This document shows, in pieces, positions 9,330 to 17,266 of a stretch of 38,429 nt of DNA. The translations under genes were made by a program, and so were the position numbers. The stretch comes from a virus (lineage: Duplodnaviria > Caudoviricetes), in the IMG/VR virus record IMGVR_UViG_3300029818_000063, positions 1-38,429 of that record; one strand, given 5' to 3'. The notes under the pieces were generated by a model that saw only the letters and a list, made by a program, of their open reading frames with translations, searched no databases and was not told the DNA's origin. The stretch's first letter is position 1; each line of letters starts with the position of its first letter.

Positions 9330-9807
9330 CGTCGGTGTCTCCGAGTTCGAGCTGGGGTTGGTCGTGCTGCTCTACGTTGCCGTGGTGCCATGCGAGTGAC
9401 TCCAGGCCAGCGCGCAGCGCGTCCAGGGTTTCGTTGGCGTTCTTGCGGCCATCGCTGAACGCGAGCACGGCGCCGACCGCGTCGTTCAGTACGGTTTGCA
9501 GCTGCTGGACGTCTTGCGCCTGGGTCTTGCGGCCGGTGGGCACGTCCACTAGCAGCTTGCCGTGGGCGGCGGCGAGGTATCGGGTGATCAGCGGGACGCC
9601 ACAAGCACGCTCGAACGGTAGGATCAAGGTTAGGGGCAAGCGGCCGTTGCCCATCCATTTGTACAGCGAGCTTGAGTTGTGTTGGCCCAGGTGGTCACAG
9701 GCCAGGCGCTCTAAGCCGCGACGGTGGTGTTCCAGGGCGCGCTGTGCGCAGCCTTCCATTGCCTCTGCTGGCGAGCGCGGTACCCAGCTTTTCCATTTTC
9801 TTTTCAT
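9322..9807 (-). CDS. Phage regulatory protein (CII-like HTH)
   Basis: GLERLA...LYKWMGNGRLP...PFERACG HTH-like segment; conserved position in the early operon. Confidence 0.7.
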   Translation of the reverse strand: MKRKWKSWVPRSPAEAMEGCAQRALEHHRRGLERLACDHLGQHNSSSLYKWMGNGRLPLTLILPFERACGVPLITRYLAAAHGKLLVDVPTGRKTQAQDVQQLQTVLNDAVGAVLAFSDGRKNANETLDALRAGLESLAWHHGNVEQHDQPQLELGDTDDE

Positions 9808-9905
9808 TTTTGGAAGCTCCCCTGCCGCAGTTCATAATCGGCATCCAAACAAATAGTCTTTTTGCCTATGGGCAAAAGTGTTTCAATAACCCAATCTGAT
9901 AGGCC

Positions 9906-10451
9906 TCAATTGACGGGAGACGTATCAGATGAATGAAGATCGGTTGTTACAGGTAGAGGGGCAGATCCAGGCATTGGCGCAGGCGTGGCTGCGGCTGGCT
10001 GCGCAGGTTGAGATGCACAGTGATGCACAAGGGCAACTGGACAATTCTCTGTTGTCAGTGAGCTGGCCCGCCGCTCCATCTGCTGTTGCAGAAGCTGGCC
10101 AGCGGATGCTGGCCGGGCTGGTCGAGCAACTGGCGTGTGCACGTAGCCGCCGTCATGAAAGCGCTGCTCACCGATGACCTTGGCGTTACGAGGGAAGCCC
10201 TGGACGTCGATCGCTGGTTTGGGCGCGCACAGTATCAGCTGCCCCACTGCGAGGTAGGTCAGTTGATTGCAGGCCTTGCGCTCACCCATGGTGACGCGTT
10301 GGATCGGACCCTGCTGCTGGTATGAGCGCAGCGCATCCTGCAGTTGCTGTGCAACCAGGGTCTCATGGCCGACCGGCGCGGAAGCGATGACGACGTCCAG
10401 CGCGCGGCGCCAGGCGTCGAGGGGCTCGATATAGTGGGTGGGTTGGATCAT
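9906..10451 (-). CDS. Hypothetical early protein (3' half overlapped by an antisense ORF)
   Basis: ATGA coupling with the upstream ORF at 10448-10451 and AGGAGG SD; C-terminal part is low complexity and may not be functional. Confidence 0.55.
   Translation of the reverse strand: MIQPTHYIEPLDAWRRALDVVIASAPVGHETLVAQQLQDALRSYQQQGPIQRVTMGERKACNQLTYLAVGQLILCAPKPAIDVQGFPRNAKVIGEQRFHDGGYVHTPVARPARPASAGQLLQQQMERRASSLTTENCPVALVHHCASQPAQPAAATPAPMPGSAPLPVTTDLHSSDTSPVN
9929..10177 (+). CDS. Small helical hypothetical protein, antisense to the early operon
   Basis: GGGAGA SD about 8 nt upstream of the ATG; amphipathic helical sequence MNEDRLLQVEGQIQALAQAWLRLAA. Confidence 0.6.
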   Translation: MNEDRLLQVEGQIQALAQAWLRLAAQVEMHSDAQGQLDNSLLSVSWPAAPSAVAEAGQRMLAGLVEQLACARSRRHESAAHR

Positions 10452-10645
10452 GCGGATGCCTCCTGTTGTTTGATCTGACGCTCGATGCGCCGGTATTCGT
10501 TGCGGCAGCGATTGGCGATGCAGGACCACATGAACCGCTCGTCGAAGGTGGCAGGGCTACCAGGTATTTCGCGCCGCCGGTCTTGAGCGGTGATGCAGCC
10601 ATTGAGGGCGGCTCTGTAGCGTTTTTTGAGGGTGGCGAGTGACAT
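10448..10645 (-). CDS. Small basic hypothetical protein
   Basis: 65 aa with GAGG SD upstream, coupled to the next gene. Confidence 0.65.
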   Translation of the reverse strand: MSLATLKKRYRAALNGCITAQDRRREIPGSPATFDERFMWSCIANRCRNEYRRIERQIKQQEASA

Positions 10646-10655
10646 GGGATTGGCC

Positions 10656-10892
10656 TCAGGCTGTGCGGCGAAGAAGGGTGTTGGCGATCTGGTGCTCTTC
10701 CACCACCTCGCCCTCTTTGAGGCCGAGCTTTACGGCGATTTTGTGGGACTGGCCGCGTATGCCCTGCTTGCGGCCAGCAAGGACCTCGAAGACGAGATTG
10801 ACGCTGAAGCCATTGGACGCGGCCCACTGGCTGACCGAGATGCCTTTGCTGGCAAGCTCGCGACGAACTTCTTCAGGAGTGCGAATGGGCAT
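10656..10892 (-). CDS. Ner/Cro-like DNA-binding protein (BcepMu gp16 family)
   Basis: RTPEEVR..L..KGISVSQWA..NGF....V..VLAG.....RGQSHKIAV.LGLKEG; start reset to ATG 10892 after GGAG SD; first gene of the early operon. Confidence 0.9.
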   Translation of the reverse strand: MPIRTPEEVRRELASKGISVSQWAASNGFSVNLVFEVLAGRKQGIRGQSHKIAVKLGLKEGEVVEEHQIANTLLRRTA

Positions 10893-10953
10893 TGATAGTG
10901 CTCCATAGATTGTGTAATCGGGATACGCATGTGACGTGCGTTTGTGTGGATTC

Positions 10954-10985
10954 AATATAGTCAAGATATATTGACTGAGTCAATA
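10954..10985 (-). promoter_or_regulatory. Early promoter / operator region between ner-like and repressor genes
   Basis: Minus-strand TTGACT (10983-10978), 18 nt, TATATT (10959-10954); overlapping inverted repeats AGTCAA-N6-TTGACT (10959-10976) and TATTGACT-G-AGTCAATA (10969-10985). Confidence 0.65.
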
Positions 10986-10990
10986 AAATT

Positions 10991-11464
10991 ATGCGGAATT
11001 TTGATGCGCAGCTTCTGCGTCTGAAAGAAGTGCTAGGTGTAACAAGCGATCAAGAAGTCGCGGCGGCGCTTGGGATGACCAAGGCGGCTTTCTCGGAAAG
11101 GAAGCGGCGGGATGCTTTTCCAGAAGAGAAGCTGTATGCGCTGGCAGCCCGCAGACTCGACCTCGCGGTCCCCGTGGAATACATCCTAACGGGCGAAACT
11201 GAAATGGAGCATTTCAAACGCGTGGAAGGTCGTGCCCCTGGCGACTATCTGGAGTTGACTCAAAAAGTGCTTGGACGGGCGCAGGCAGGTCTGACGCAAG
11301 ATGAGGCGGATCTGCTCGAGCTTTTTCGAGCCGCACCGCTGACCCTAAAGATGCAAGCGGTAGCACTCTTATCCGGCGATGGCTCAACAGGGCCAAAACG
11401 CAAAGCAGTGAAAGTGAAAGGCAACAACAACCGCACGGCGGGCGGGACCTATAACGAAAAATGA
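10991..11464 (+). CDS. CI-like phage repressor (N-terminal HTH, no S24 peptidase domain)
   Basis: RLKEVLGVTSDQEVAAALGMTKAAFSERKRR..FP...V.YILTG HTH; divergent from the ner-like gene; LTQDEADLLELFR helical C-domain. Confidence 0.88.
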   Translation: MRNFDAQLLRLKEVLGVTSDQEVAAALGMTKAAFSERKRRDAFPEEKLYALAARRLDLAVPVEYILTGETEMEHFKRVEGRAPGDYLELTQKVLGRAQAGLTQDEADLLELFRAAPLTLKMQAVALLSGDGSTGPKRKAVKVKGNNNRTAGGTYNEK

Positions 11465-11473
11465 GGATTACTG

Positions 11474-11821
11474 ATGGAGATTAAGGTCAAGGGAAATGGC
11501 AATCGCGTAGCGGGTAACAATTACTACGAGCTCAAGATCAAGGCATGCCCCCGGTGCGAGGTGCGCGTCATTGATCCGGAGCGCGTTATCTGCAATCACT
11601 GCCGCAGTCACGAAGCCATGATGGAAGCCCGCACCAAGTTGGTGGGCTTTGTGATGGGCGTGTTTGTGGTGTTTGGCTGGTTGATGCAGCGACGCATCGA
11701 TTCCGGAGTGGCCACGACTCCCGGTGAACTGGGAGGCATGCTTGTAACCGCGGTTGGGGTGGTGCTGATCACCGTCTGTGTGTATATGCTGGTGGTCGAG
11801 TGGTTCAAGCGGAATTGGTAA
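11474..11821 (+). CDS. Membrane protein with CxxC...CxxC Zn ribbon and two C-terminal TM helices
   Basis: GAGGA SD; CPRC/CNHC; hydrophobic LVGFVMGVFVVFGWLM and GMLVTAVGVVLITVCVYMLVV. Confidence 0.8.
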   Translation: MEIKVKGNGNRVAGNNYYELKIKACPRCEVRVIDPERVICNHCRSHEAMMEARTKLVGFVMGVFVVFGWLMQRRIDSGVATTPGELGGMLVTAVGVVLITVCVYMLVVEWFKRNW

Positions 11822-11841
11822 ACACTAAAAAAGGGATCTTT

Positions 11842-12351
11842 ATGAGCACCAAAATCATTGCTGGGCTGTGTGCTGTTCTTGTCCTCACTGGCTGCGCTGG
11901 CCAGGTAATTCCTATCAGCCGGGAATTTCACGCGGAAGAGGCCAGGCGTTTAGCAGCCCCGGGCCCCAATATCATTTCAGGCAGCGCGCTTATCAGGCAG
12001 CAAGGCGGCGGTGTAGTGACCTGTGCCGGACTCCCTATCAACCTGATACCTAAAACTGCGTACGCAACAGAGCGCATGGAGGCAATCTGGGGCAACAGCG
12101 TCAAGGGGTATGCCCCCGTGTATGCGATGCAGATGACGTTTACACCCGATCCTCCCGATTATCACCAGCTCGCGCCGCACACCAGATGTGATGCTCAGGG
12201 CAACTTCCAGTTTTCTAATGTTGCAGATGGAGAATTCTATCTGGTCAGCGTAATCACCTGGGTAGTTGCGCGGCACGCCCAGGGCGGCGGGATGATGCAA
12301 GCCATCAGCGTCAGTGGTGGTGAAGCCAAAGAGGTAGTCTTGAGCCCATGA
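11842..12351 (+). CDS. Lipoprotein with beta-sandwich (carboxypeptidase-regulatory-like) domain
   Basis: Signal MSTKIIAGLCAVLVLTG-C lipobox; TRCDAQGNFQFSNVADGEFYLV motif; start reset to ATG 11842. Confidence 0.8.
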   Translation: MSTKIIAGLCAVLVLTGCAGQVIPISREFHAEEARRLAAPGPNIISGSALIRQQGGGVVTCAGLPINLIPKTAYATERMEAIWGNSVKGYAPVYAMQMTFTPDPPDYHQLAPHTRCDAQGNFQFSNVADGEFYLVSVITWVVARHAQGGGMMQAISVSGGEAKEVVLSP

Positions 12352-12755
12352 TTGATGCCGCTCTCGCGATACAAGCAGCCGTTGATGCCCTCGGAAAGCT
12401 CCGGGAGCTTACAAAAAAGGTCGCCGACGCCGATCTCAAAATGGTCGTTGCAGACCTATCTGTAAGTCTTGCCGACGCCAAATTGGCGGCAGCAGAACTC
12501 AAAGGCAAGCTTGCAGTACTTACTGAAGAGAATCAGCGTTTGCGTGAACAGCTGCAGGTTCGGAATTCCGATAAGCCTGTATTCAAAGACGGACTGTATT
12601 ACTTCGGTGATGATCAGCATCCTTTTTGCACCACTTGCTGGGACAAGAGTCAGCAAAAAATCCGACTGTCCCGTATGGCAGAGGCTTTTAGGTTTGCTGG
12701 TGAGTGGGAGTGCAATAGTTGTAGGTCTGCATTTGGCCAGAACGATCTTGATTGA
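12348..12755 (+). CDS. Coiled-coil protein with C-terminal Zn ribbon
   Basis: Heptad-rich N-terminal half, then PFCTTCWD...WECNSC; ATGA coupling to the lipoprotein gene. Confidence 0.8.
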   Translation: MIDAALAIQAAVDALGKLRELTKKVADADLKMVVADLSVSLADAKLAAAELKGKLAVLTEENQRLREQLQVRNSDKPVFKDGLYYFGDDQHPFCTTCWDKSQQKIRLSRMAEAFRFAGEWECNSCRSAFGQNDLD

Positions 12756-12760
12756 TATCG

Positions 12761-12785
12761 ACCCGCCACCCGGCGGGTTTCTTTT
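12761..12785 (+). terminator. Rho-independent terminator of the repressor operon
   Basis: ACCCGCC-ACCC-GGCGGGT stem followed by TTCTTTT. Confidence 0.8.
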
Positions 12786-12825
12786 GCGCGCGCAAAAATA
12801 CATCTGACATCGTATAGATCACCCT
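12782..12825 (+). promoter_or_regulatory. Late promoter 1 (lysis/head), probable Mor/C-family activator site
   Basis: Palindrome TTTTGCGCGCGCAAAA, then ATACA, 17 nt, CACCCT; same layout at 20890 and 26452. Confidence 0.75.
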
Positions 12826-12872
12826 GAAGACCTTGTTAATACCTCGATAACAATGGTCTCAGGAGCTGAACA

Positions 12873-13223
12873 ATGTACGGATCTCCATCGTGTAGTACTT
12901 CCCGTTTGCCGCGCCTGCTGGGCTGGCTCATCGTTGCCTTGGTGATGATGCTCGGCCTTGCACTGGCCGCGCCCGAGCAAGTGCCGGTCATCTTCTACAA
13001 ACTTAGCCTGGTGGTGCTCGGCGCCGTACTGGCCTACTGGCTCGACCGTGCGCTGTTTCCCTACGGTCGCCCTCATACGTGCCTGTCCGGCCTGCCCGGT
13101 CCCGGTGGTTGCGTACCGTCTGACGTTGAGCGGGACCGCAGCGAGTTGCGATTCGCTTTTGCCTGTCTACGTCGCGCGCTGATCGTGCTCGCGTGCGTGC
13201 TTGGCCTGACCCTGGGGCTGTGA
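12873..13223 (+). CDS. Putative holin (2/3-TM family)
   Basis: AGGAG SD; PRL.GWL, P.Q.PV..YKL.LV, YWLDR.LFPY.RP, RRALIV.A motifs; precedes the endolysin. Confidence 0.88.
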   Translation: MYGSPSCSTSRLPRLLGWLIVALVMMLGLALAAPEQVPVIFYKLSLVVLGAVLAYWLDRALFPYGRPHTCLSGLPGPGGCVPSDVERDRSELRFAFACLRRALIVLACVLGLTLGL

Positions 13224-13225
13224 CC

Positions 13226-13909
13226 ATGCGTAACTGGACAGCTCATCTCTCGCCAATCACCCGTAACCTGCACCTGGTTGTGTGGTTTGCGCTGATCATC
13301 TTCACGCTTGCCGGGCTGGGTTGCCAGCCTGCATTCGCTCAAGACCTTCCGCGAGCGGCAGAGCAATACAAGCGTGACTTGGTCAGAGTGGCCCAGCATG
13401 GCTTTGGCCTCAATGCGCCGATTGCAACGCTCGCAGGGCAGATACATCAGGAAAGCGGCTGGCGGCCGGATGTAACGTCCCCGGCCGGGGCTCAGGGCCT
13501 GGCGCAGTTTATGCCGGGCACCGCGACTTGGATGGCGGAGATATACCCGCTATCCGTTGGGCCCGCGCAGCCGTTCAATCCGGGCTGGTCAATGCGAGCA
13601 ATGGTGGCTTACAACAAGTGGCACCTTGAGCGAATCCAAGCGCACACCCACTGCGAGAAGTGGGCAATGGCTCTGGCTGCCTATAACGGCGGGCTGGGTT
13701 GGATCAACCGCGACAAAAAGGTGGCATCGGCTTCTGGGGCCGATCCGCTGACCTGGTTTGATTCTGTCGAGCGGTACAACGCTGGCCGCTCGGCTGCCAA
13801 CTTCCGCGAGAACCGCGACTACCCAAGACGCATTCTTGAACGGCATGAGCCCATGTATGTCCGGGCGGGCTGGGGCGCCGGTGTATGCGCCGAACGGTAC
13901 CAGTTGTGA
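13226..13909 (+). CDS. Endolysin, SLT-type lytic transglycosylase with N-terminal signal/anchor
   Basis: QIHQESGW, GAQGLAQFMPGTA and ALAAYNGG SLT motifs; hydrophobic N-terminus. Confidence 0.93.
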   Translation: MRNWTAHLSPITRNLHLVVWFALIIFTLAGLGCQPAFAQDLPRAAEQYKRDLVRVAQHGFGLNAPIATLAGQIHQESGWRPDVTSPAGAQGLAQFMPGTATWMAEIYPLSVGPAQPFNPGWSMRAMVAYNKWHLERIQAHTHCEKWAMALAAYNGGLGWINRDKKVASASGADPLTWFDSVERYNAGRSAANFRENRDYPRRILERHEPMYVRAGWGAGVCAERYQL

Positions 13910-14340
13910 ATAACGTAGCAATATGGGTCTCAGCTGGGCTGCTGCTGGGTATTGTCACGGTTTATGAACTGCGCCTGATGGATGCCGAAGGTATCGGTTA
14001 CAAAAAGGGTGTTGCAGCTGCAGAGGCTGAATGTAAACAGGACACGATCGACGAATTGACCGTACTGATCATATCCAGCCAGCGCTTGACCTCCGATGCA
14101 TATGCCGCAAGCAGGGCTATCACTCAATCTATTGCCGATCGCCAGCAGGCTGACCGGCAGACAACACGAGAGCTACGCCATGCGCTCACACTTACTGCCC
14201 CCGATCGTGCTGGCTGCGTGTATGACGCTGACAGCCTGCGCCTCACCAACTCCGCTCGTGATCGTGCGGCACAAGCCGTTACCACCGGCCTTGGCCGTGC
14301 CGTGCCCAGCACCAGTGGACATGATGAACAGCCACGCTGA
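13906..14340 (+). CDS. i-spanin (Rz-like)
   Basis: GTGA overlap with the endolysin stop; N-terminal TM then helical periplasmic region; overlapped by a lipoprotein ORF. Confidence 0.75.
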   Translation: MNNVAIWVSAGLLLGIVTVYELRLMDAEGIGYKKGVAAAEAECKQDTIDELTVLIISSQRLTSDAYAASRAITQSIADRQQADRQTTRELRHALTLTAPDRAGCVYDADSLRLTNSARDRAAQAVTTGLGRAVPSTSGHDEQPR

Positions 14341-14449
14341 TGCGGCGCTGATCGCATTAAAGGAGATGTACGACTTGTATGGGCGCTGCGGCGGTCAACT
14401 GGTCGAGCTGATCGATTACCTGGAGAAGGAACCTGATAGTGGATATTGA
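14180..14449 (+). CDS. o-spanin (Rz1-like lipoprotein)
   Basis: MRSHLLPPIVLAACMTLTA-C lipobox; Pro-rich PLPPALAVPCPAP; starts inside the Rz-like gene in another frame. Confidence 0.8.
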   Translation: MRSHLLPPIVLAACMTLTACASPTPLVIVRHKPLPPALAVPCPAPVDMMNSHADAALIALKEMYDLYGRCGGQLVELIDYLEKEPDSGY

Positions 14450-14741
14450 GCAACTCAATTTTTCGTTCGAGGCCATGCGCTGGATTCTGACTGCGGCCAT
14501 TGGCAGTTACGCCTGGTTTGTAGGCCGACAGAGTGCCAGTGCCAAAGAGCTGCTGGAGATCCGCACCCGGCTGATCACCCTGGAATCGCAGATGAAACAG
14601 GTGCCCAGCACCCAGGAGCTGCATGTTGTGTCGTCGAAGTTGGAGCGGATCGATGAGCGCATGTCCGGGATCGCCGAATCGTTACAGCCGATCAGCCGTA
14701 GCCTGGACCGGGTCAACGCCTACCTGCTCAATCATAAGTGA
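14439..14741 (+). CDS. DUF2730 / Mu gp25-like protein
   Basis: N-terminal TM, RL..LE......P, coiled coil ending YLL; syntenic. Confidence 0.75.
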   Translation: MDIEQLNFSFEAMRWILTAAIGSYAWFVGRQSASAKELLEIRTRLITLESQMKQVPSTQELHVVSSKLERIDERMSGIAESLQPISRSLDRVNAYLLNHK

Positions 14742-14748
14742 GGGATAC

Positions 14749-15042
14749 ATGAGCCAGTTTGCCAACTATCTGCGTGAGGATCAGCGTCTGGTGCTCCTGC
14801 GGATCCTCGCTGAGTTACCGGGGTACCGCTCCAACTCATCTGTGCTGAGCGACTTCCTGCAGCGCTACGGCCATAACGCCAGCCGCGACCAGGTAAAGAC
14901 AGAGATTCACTGGTTGGCCGAACAAGGGCTGGTACAGATCGAGGACTTGCAGACGGTACTGATTGTCACGCTTACCGAGCGCGGCAGTGACGTTGCTGCA
15001 GGCCGGTCAAATGTGCCGGGCGTCAAGAAGCCAGGAGCGTAA
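14749..15042 (+). CDS. Mu gp26-like winged-helix protein
   Basis: EDQRLVLLRIL...GY..NSS.L...SRDQV.....WL.EQGLV...LTERG.DVA.G....PGV.KP. Confidence 0.85.
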   Translation: MSQFANYLREDQRLVLLRILAELPGYRSNSSVLSDFLQRYGHNASRDQVKTEIHWLAEQGLVQIEDLQTVLIVTLTERGSDVAAGRSNVPGVKKPGA

Positions 15043-15044
15043 TC

Positions 15045-15593
15045 ATGGGACGCAAGTCGAGCATCGACAAGCTGGAACCCAACGTCCGCTCACATATTGA
15101 GCGGCGCTTGCGTGAGAACCGCATGACCCTGGACGAGCTGATCGAGGATCTGCACAGCCACTTCCCAGCCAAGGAAAAGCCCAGCCGCTCGGCTGTTGGC
15201 CGCTACAAGGTGTCATTCGACGAGATGTCCAAACGTCTGCGCGAGCAGCAGGCCATGGCCAGTGCCCTGGTAGAGGAGCTGGGCGAGAACCCGGACGACA
15301 AGGCCGGCGCGCTGATGGTGCAGTCGATCACCACGCTGACTACCCATGCTGCCCTGGGCGCACAGATCGATGAGGAAACCACTGTTGATGATGTGCGCAA
15401 GCTGGCCCGCGCCGCAAAGGACGTGTTGGCCGCCCGCAAGGTCAGCCGTGAAGAACGCAAGGCGATCGAGCGCGAAGCCCGTGAAAAGCTGCTGGCCGAA
15501 CAGGAGCAACGCATGGAGGAGATGCGCGGCAGCGATGGCATGAGCGAGCAGCTTGAAAACCGCATCCGCAACGTGCTGCTGGGTAAAGCCTGA
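15045..15593 (+). CDS. Terminase small subunit (Mu gp27 / DUF3486)
   Basis: MGRKSSIDKL...SRSAVGRY signature; directly upstream of the large terminase. Confidence 0.88.
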   Translation: MGRKSSIDKLEPNVRSHIERRLRENRMTLDELIEDLHSHFPAKEKPSRSAVGRYKVSFDEMSKRLREQQAMASALVEELGENPDDKAGALMVQSITTLTTHAALGAQIDEETTVDDVRKLARAAKDVLAARKVSREERKAIEREAREKLLAEQEQRMEEMRGSDGMSEQLENRIRNVLLGKA

Positions 15594-17266
15594 TGGCCGC
15601 CCGGACTGCTACTGGCGCCCTGGGCGACAACATCAAGGCGACGTCAGCCCCGCGCAAGATCGACCTGGCCGAGGAGATGGCGCTGCACGGCGTTGATGTG
15701 CCCCAGGAGATGATCGACGCCCAGCCGGCCAACGAGCCGGTATTCCTGCCCTACCAGCAGCGGTGGTTTGAAGACCAAAGCCCGATCATGCTCGGCGAGA
15801 AGTCACGCCGCACGGGTATCACCTGGGCCGAGGCTGGCCGCAATGTCGTCAACGCTGCTAAGCCTCGCCGCCGTGGTGGTTGCAATACGTTTTACGTGGG
15901 CAGCAAAAAGGAAATGGCCCTGGAATACATCGCCGCCTGTGCGCTGTTCGCCAAGGCCTTCAACGAGCTGGCCGAGGCCGATGTGTACGAGCAGACCTTC
16001 TGGGACGACGGCAAGAAGGAAGAGATCCTGGCCTACATGATCCGCTTCCCCAAGACCGGCCGGAAGATCCAGGCACTCAGCTCACGCCCCAGCAACCTGC
16101 GCGGCCTGCAGGGCGACGTAGTGATCGACGAGGCGGCATTCCATGAATCTCTGGAAGAGCTGCTGAAGGCCGCACTGGCATTGACCATGTGGGGCAACAA
16201 GGTACGGCTGATCAGCACCCACAACGGCGTGGACAACCCGTTCAACCAATACATTCAGGATGCCCGCGAAGGCCGCAAGGACTACAGCATCCACCGCATC
16301 ACCCTTGACAGCGCCATCGCCGAGGGCCTGTACAAGCGCATCTGCTACGTCACCGGCATGACCTGGTCAGTGGAGGCCGAGAAGAAATGGCGCGACGACC
16401 TGTACAAAAACGCGCCAAACATCGAATCCGCAGAAGAAGAGTATGGCTGTGTACCGAAGAAGAGCGGCGGCGGCTACTTGAGCCGGGTGCTGATCGAGCA
16501 GGCGATGGTGGCCGACCGGTCGATCCGGATCTATCGCTACGAGGCACCAGAGGGCTTTGAAAGCTGGACCCCGGACATGCGCGAGGCCGAGGTGCAAGCC
16601 TGGTGCGAAGAGAATCTAGAGCCTGAACTGGCCCGGCTCAACCCCAACTGGCGCCATGTGTTCGGTGAAGACTTTGCACGCCGTGGTGACCTGACGGTGT
16701 TCACGCCGCTGCAGATCGATCCACTGCTGCGCAAGCGCACGCCCTTTGAGGTGGAACTGCGCAACCTGACCTATGAGGCCCAGCGCGATGTGATGTTCTT
16801 CATTTGCGATCGCCTGCCGCGCCTGACCGGCATGGCGTTTGATGCCACCGGTAACGGCGGCTACCTGGCTGAGCAGGCCGCGCTGCGCTACGGCACCACG
16901 CTGGTGGAACAGGTGCAGCTCTCGCTGGCCTGGTATGCGGAGTGGATGCCGAAACTCAAGGGCGAGTTCGAGTCATTCAATATCGCGATCGCCCGCCACC
17001 AGTCCCGGCTGGATGACCTGCTCTCGATCAAGGTCGAGAAAGGTGTGCCGGTCATCGACAAGGGCCGCACCAAGGATCTGGAGAGCAGCAGCTCGAAGGC
17101 AAAGCGCCACGGCGACTCGGCCATCTCCCTGGCCATGGCTGTGCGGGCCAGCTTCATGCAGGGCGGCATGATCGAGTTCACCGCGCTGCCCAAACACTCA
17201 CGCGGTTTCGACAACGTTGATGCCGACGACAATGACATAGGACTGCCGGAGCCCCGCGCATGGTAA
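15593..17266 (+). CDS. Terminase large subunit (Mu gp28-like)
   Basis: LPYQQRW, EKSRRTGITW, VVIDEAAFH, ISTHNG, DFARRGD, DATGNG, RHGDSA. Confidence 0.95.
   Translation: MAARTATGALGDNIKATSAPRKIDLAEEMALHGVDVPQEMIDAQPANEPVFLPYQQRWFEDQSPIMLGEKSRRTGITWAEAGRNVVNAAKPRRRGGCNTFYVGSKKEMALEYIAACALFAKAFNELAEADVYEQTFWDDGKKEEILAYMIRFPKTGRKIQALSSRPSNLRGLQGDVVIDEAAFHESLEELLKAALALTMWGNKVRLISTHNGVDNPFNQYIQDAREGRKDYSIHRITLDSAIAEGLYKRICYVTGMTWSVEAEKKWRDDLYKNAPNIESAEEEYGCVPKKSGGGYLSRVLIEQAMVADRSIRIYRYEAPEGFESWTPDMREAEVQAWCEENLEPELARLNPNWRHVFGEDFARRGDLTVFTPLQIDPLLRKRTPFEVELRNLTYEAQRDVMFFICDRLPRLTGMAFDATGNGGYLAEQAALRYGTTLVEQVQLSLAWYAEWMPKLKGEFESFNIAIARHQSRLDDLLSIKVEKGVPVIDKGRTKDLESSSSKAKRHGDSAISLAMAVRASFMQGGMIEFTALPKHSRGFDNVDADDNDIGLPEPRAW

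Noticed and set aside
10086-10325. Second plus-strand ORF following 9929-10177
   Set aside because: No clear SD, and it overlaps the better-supported 5' half of the minus-strand gene
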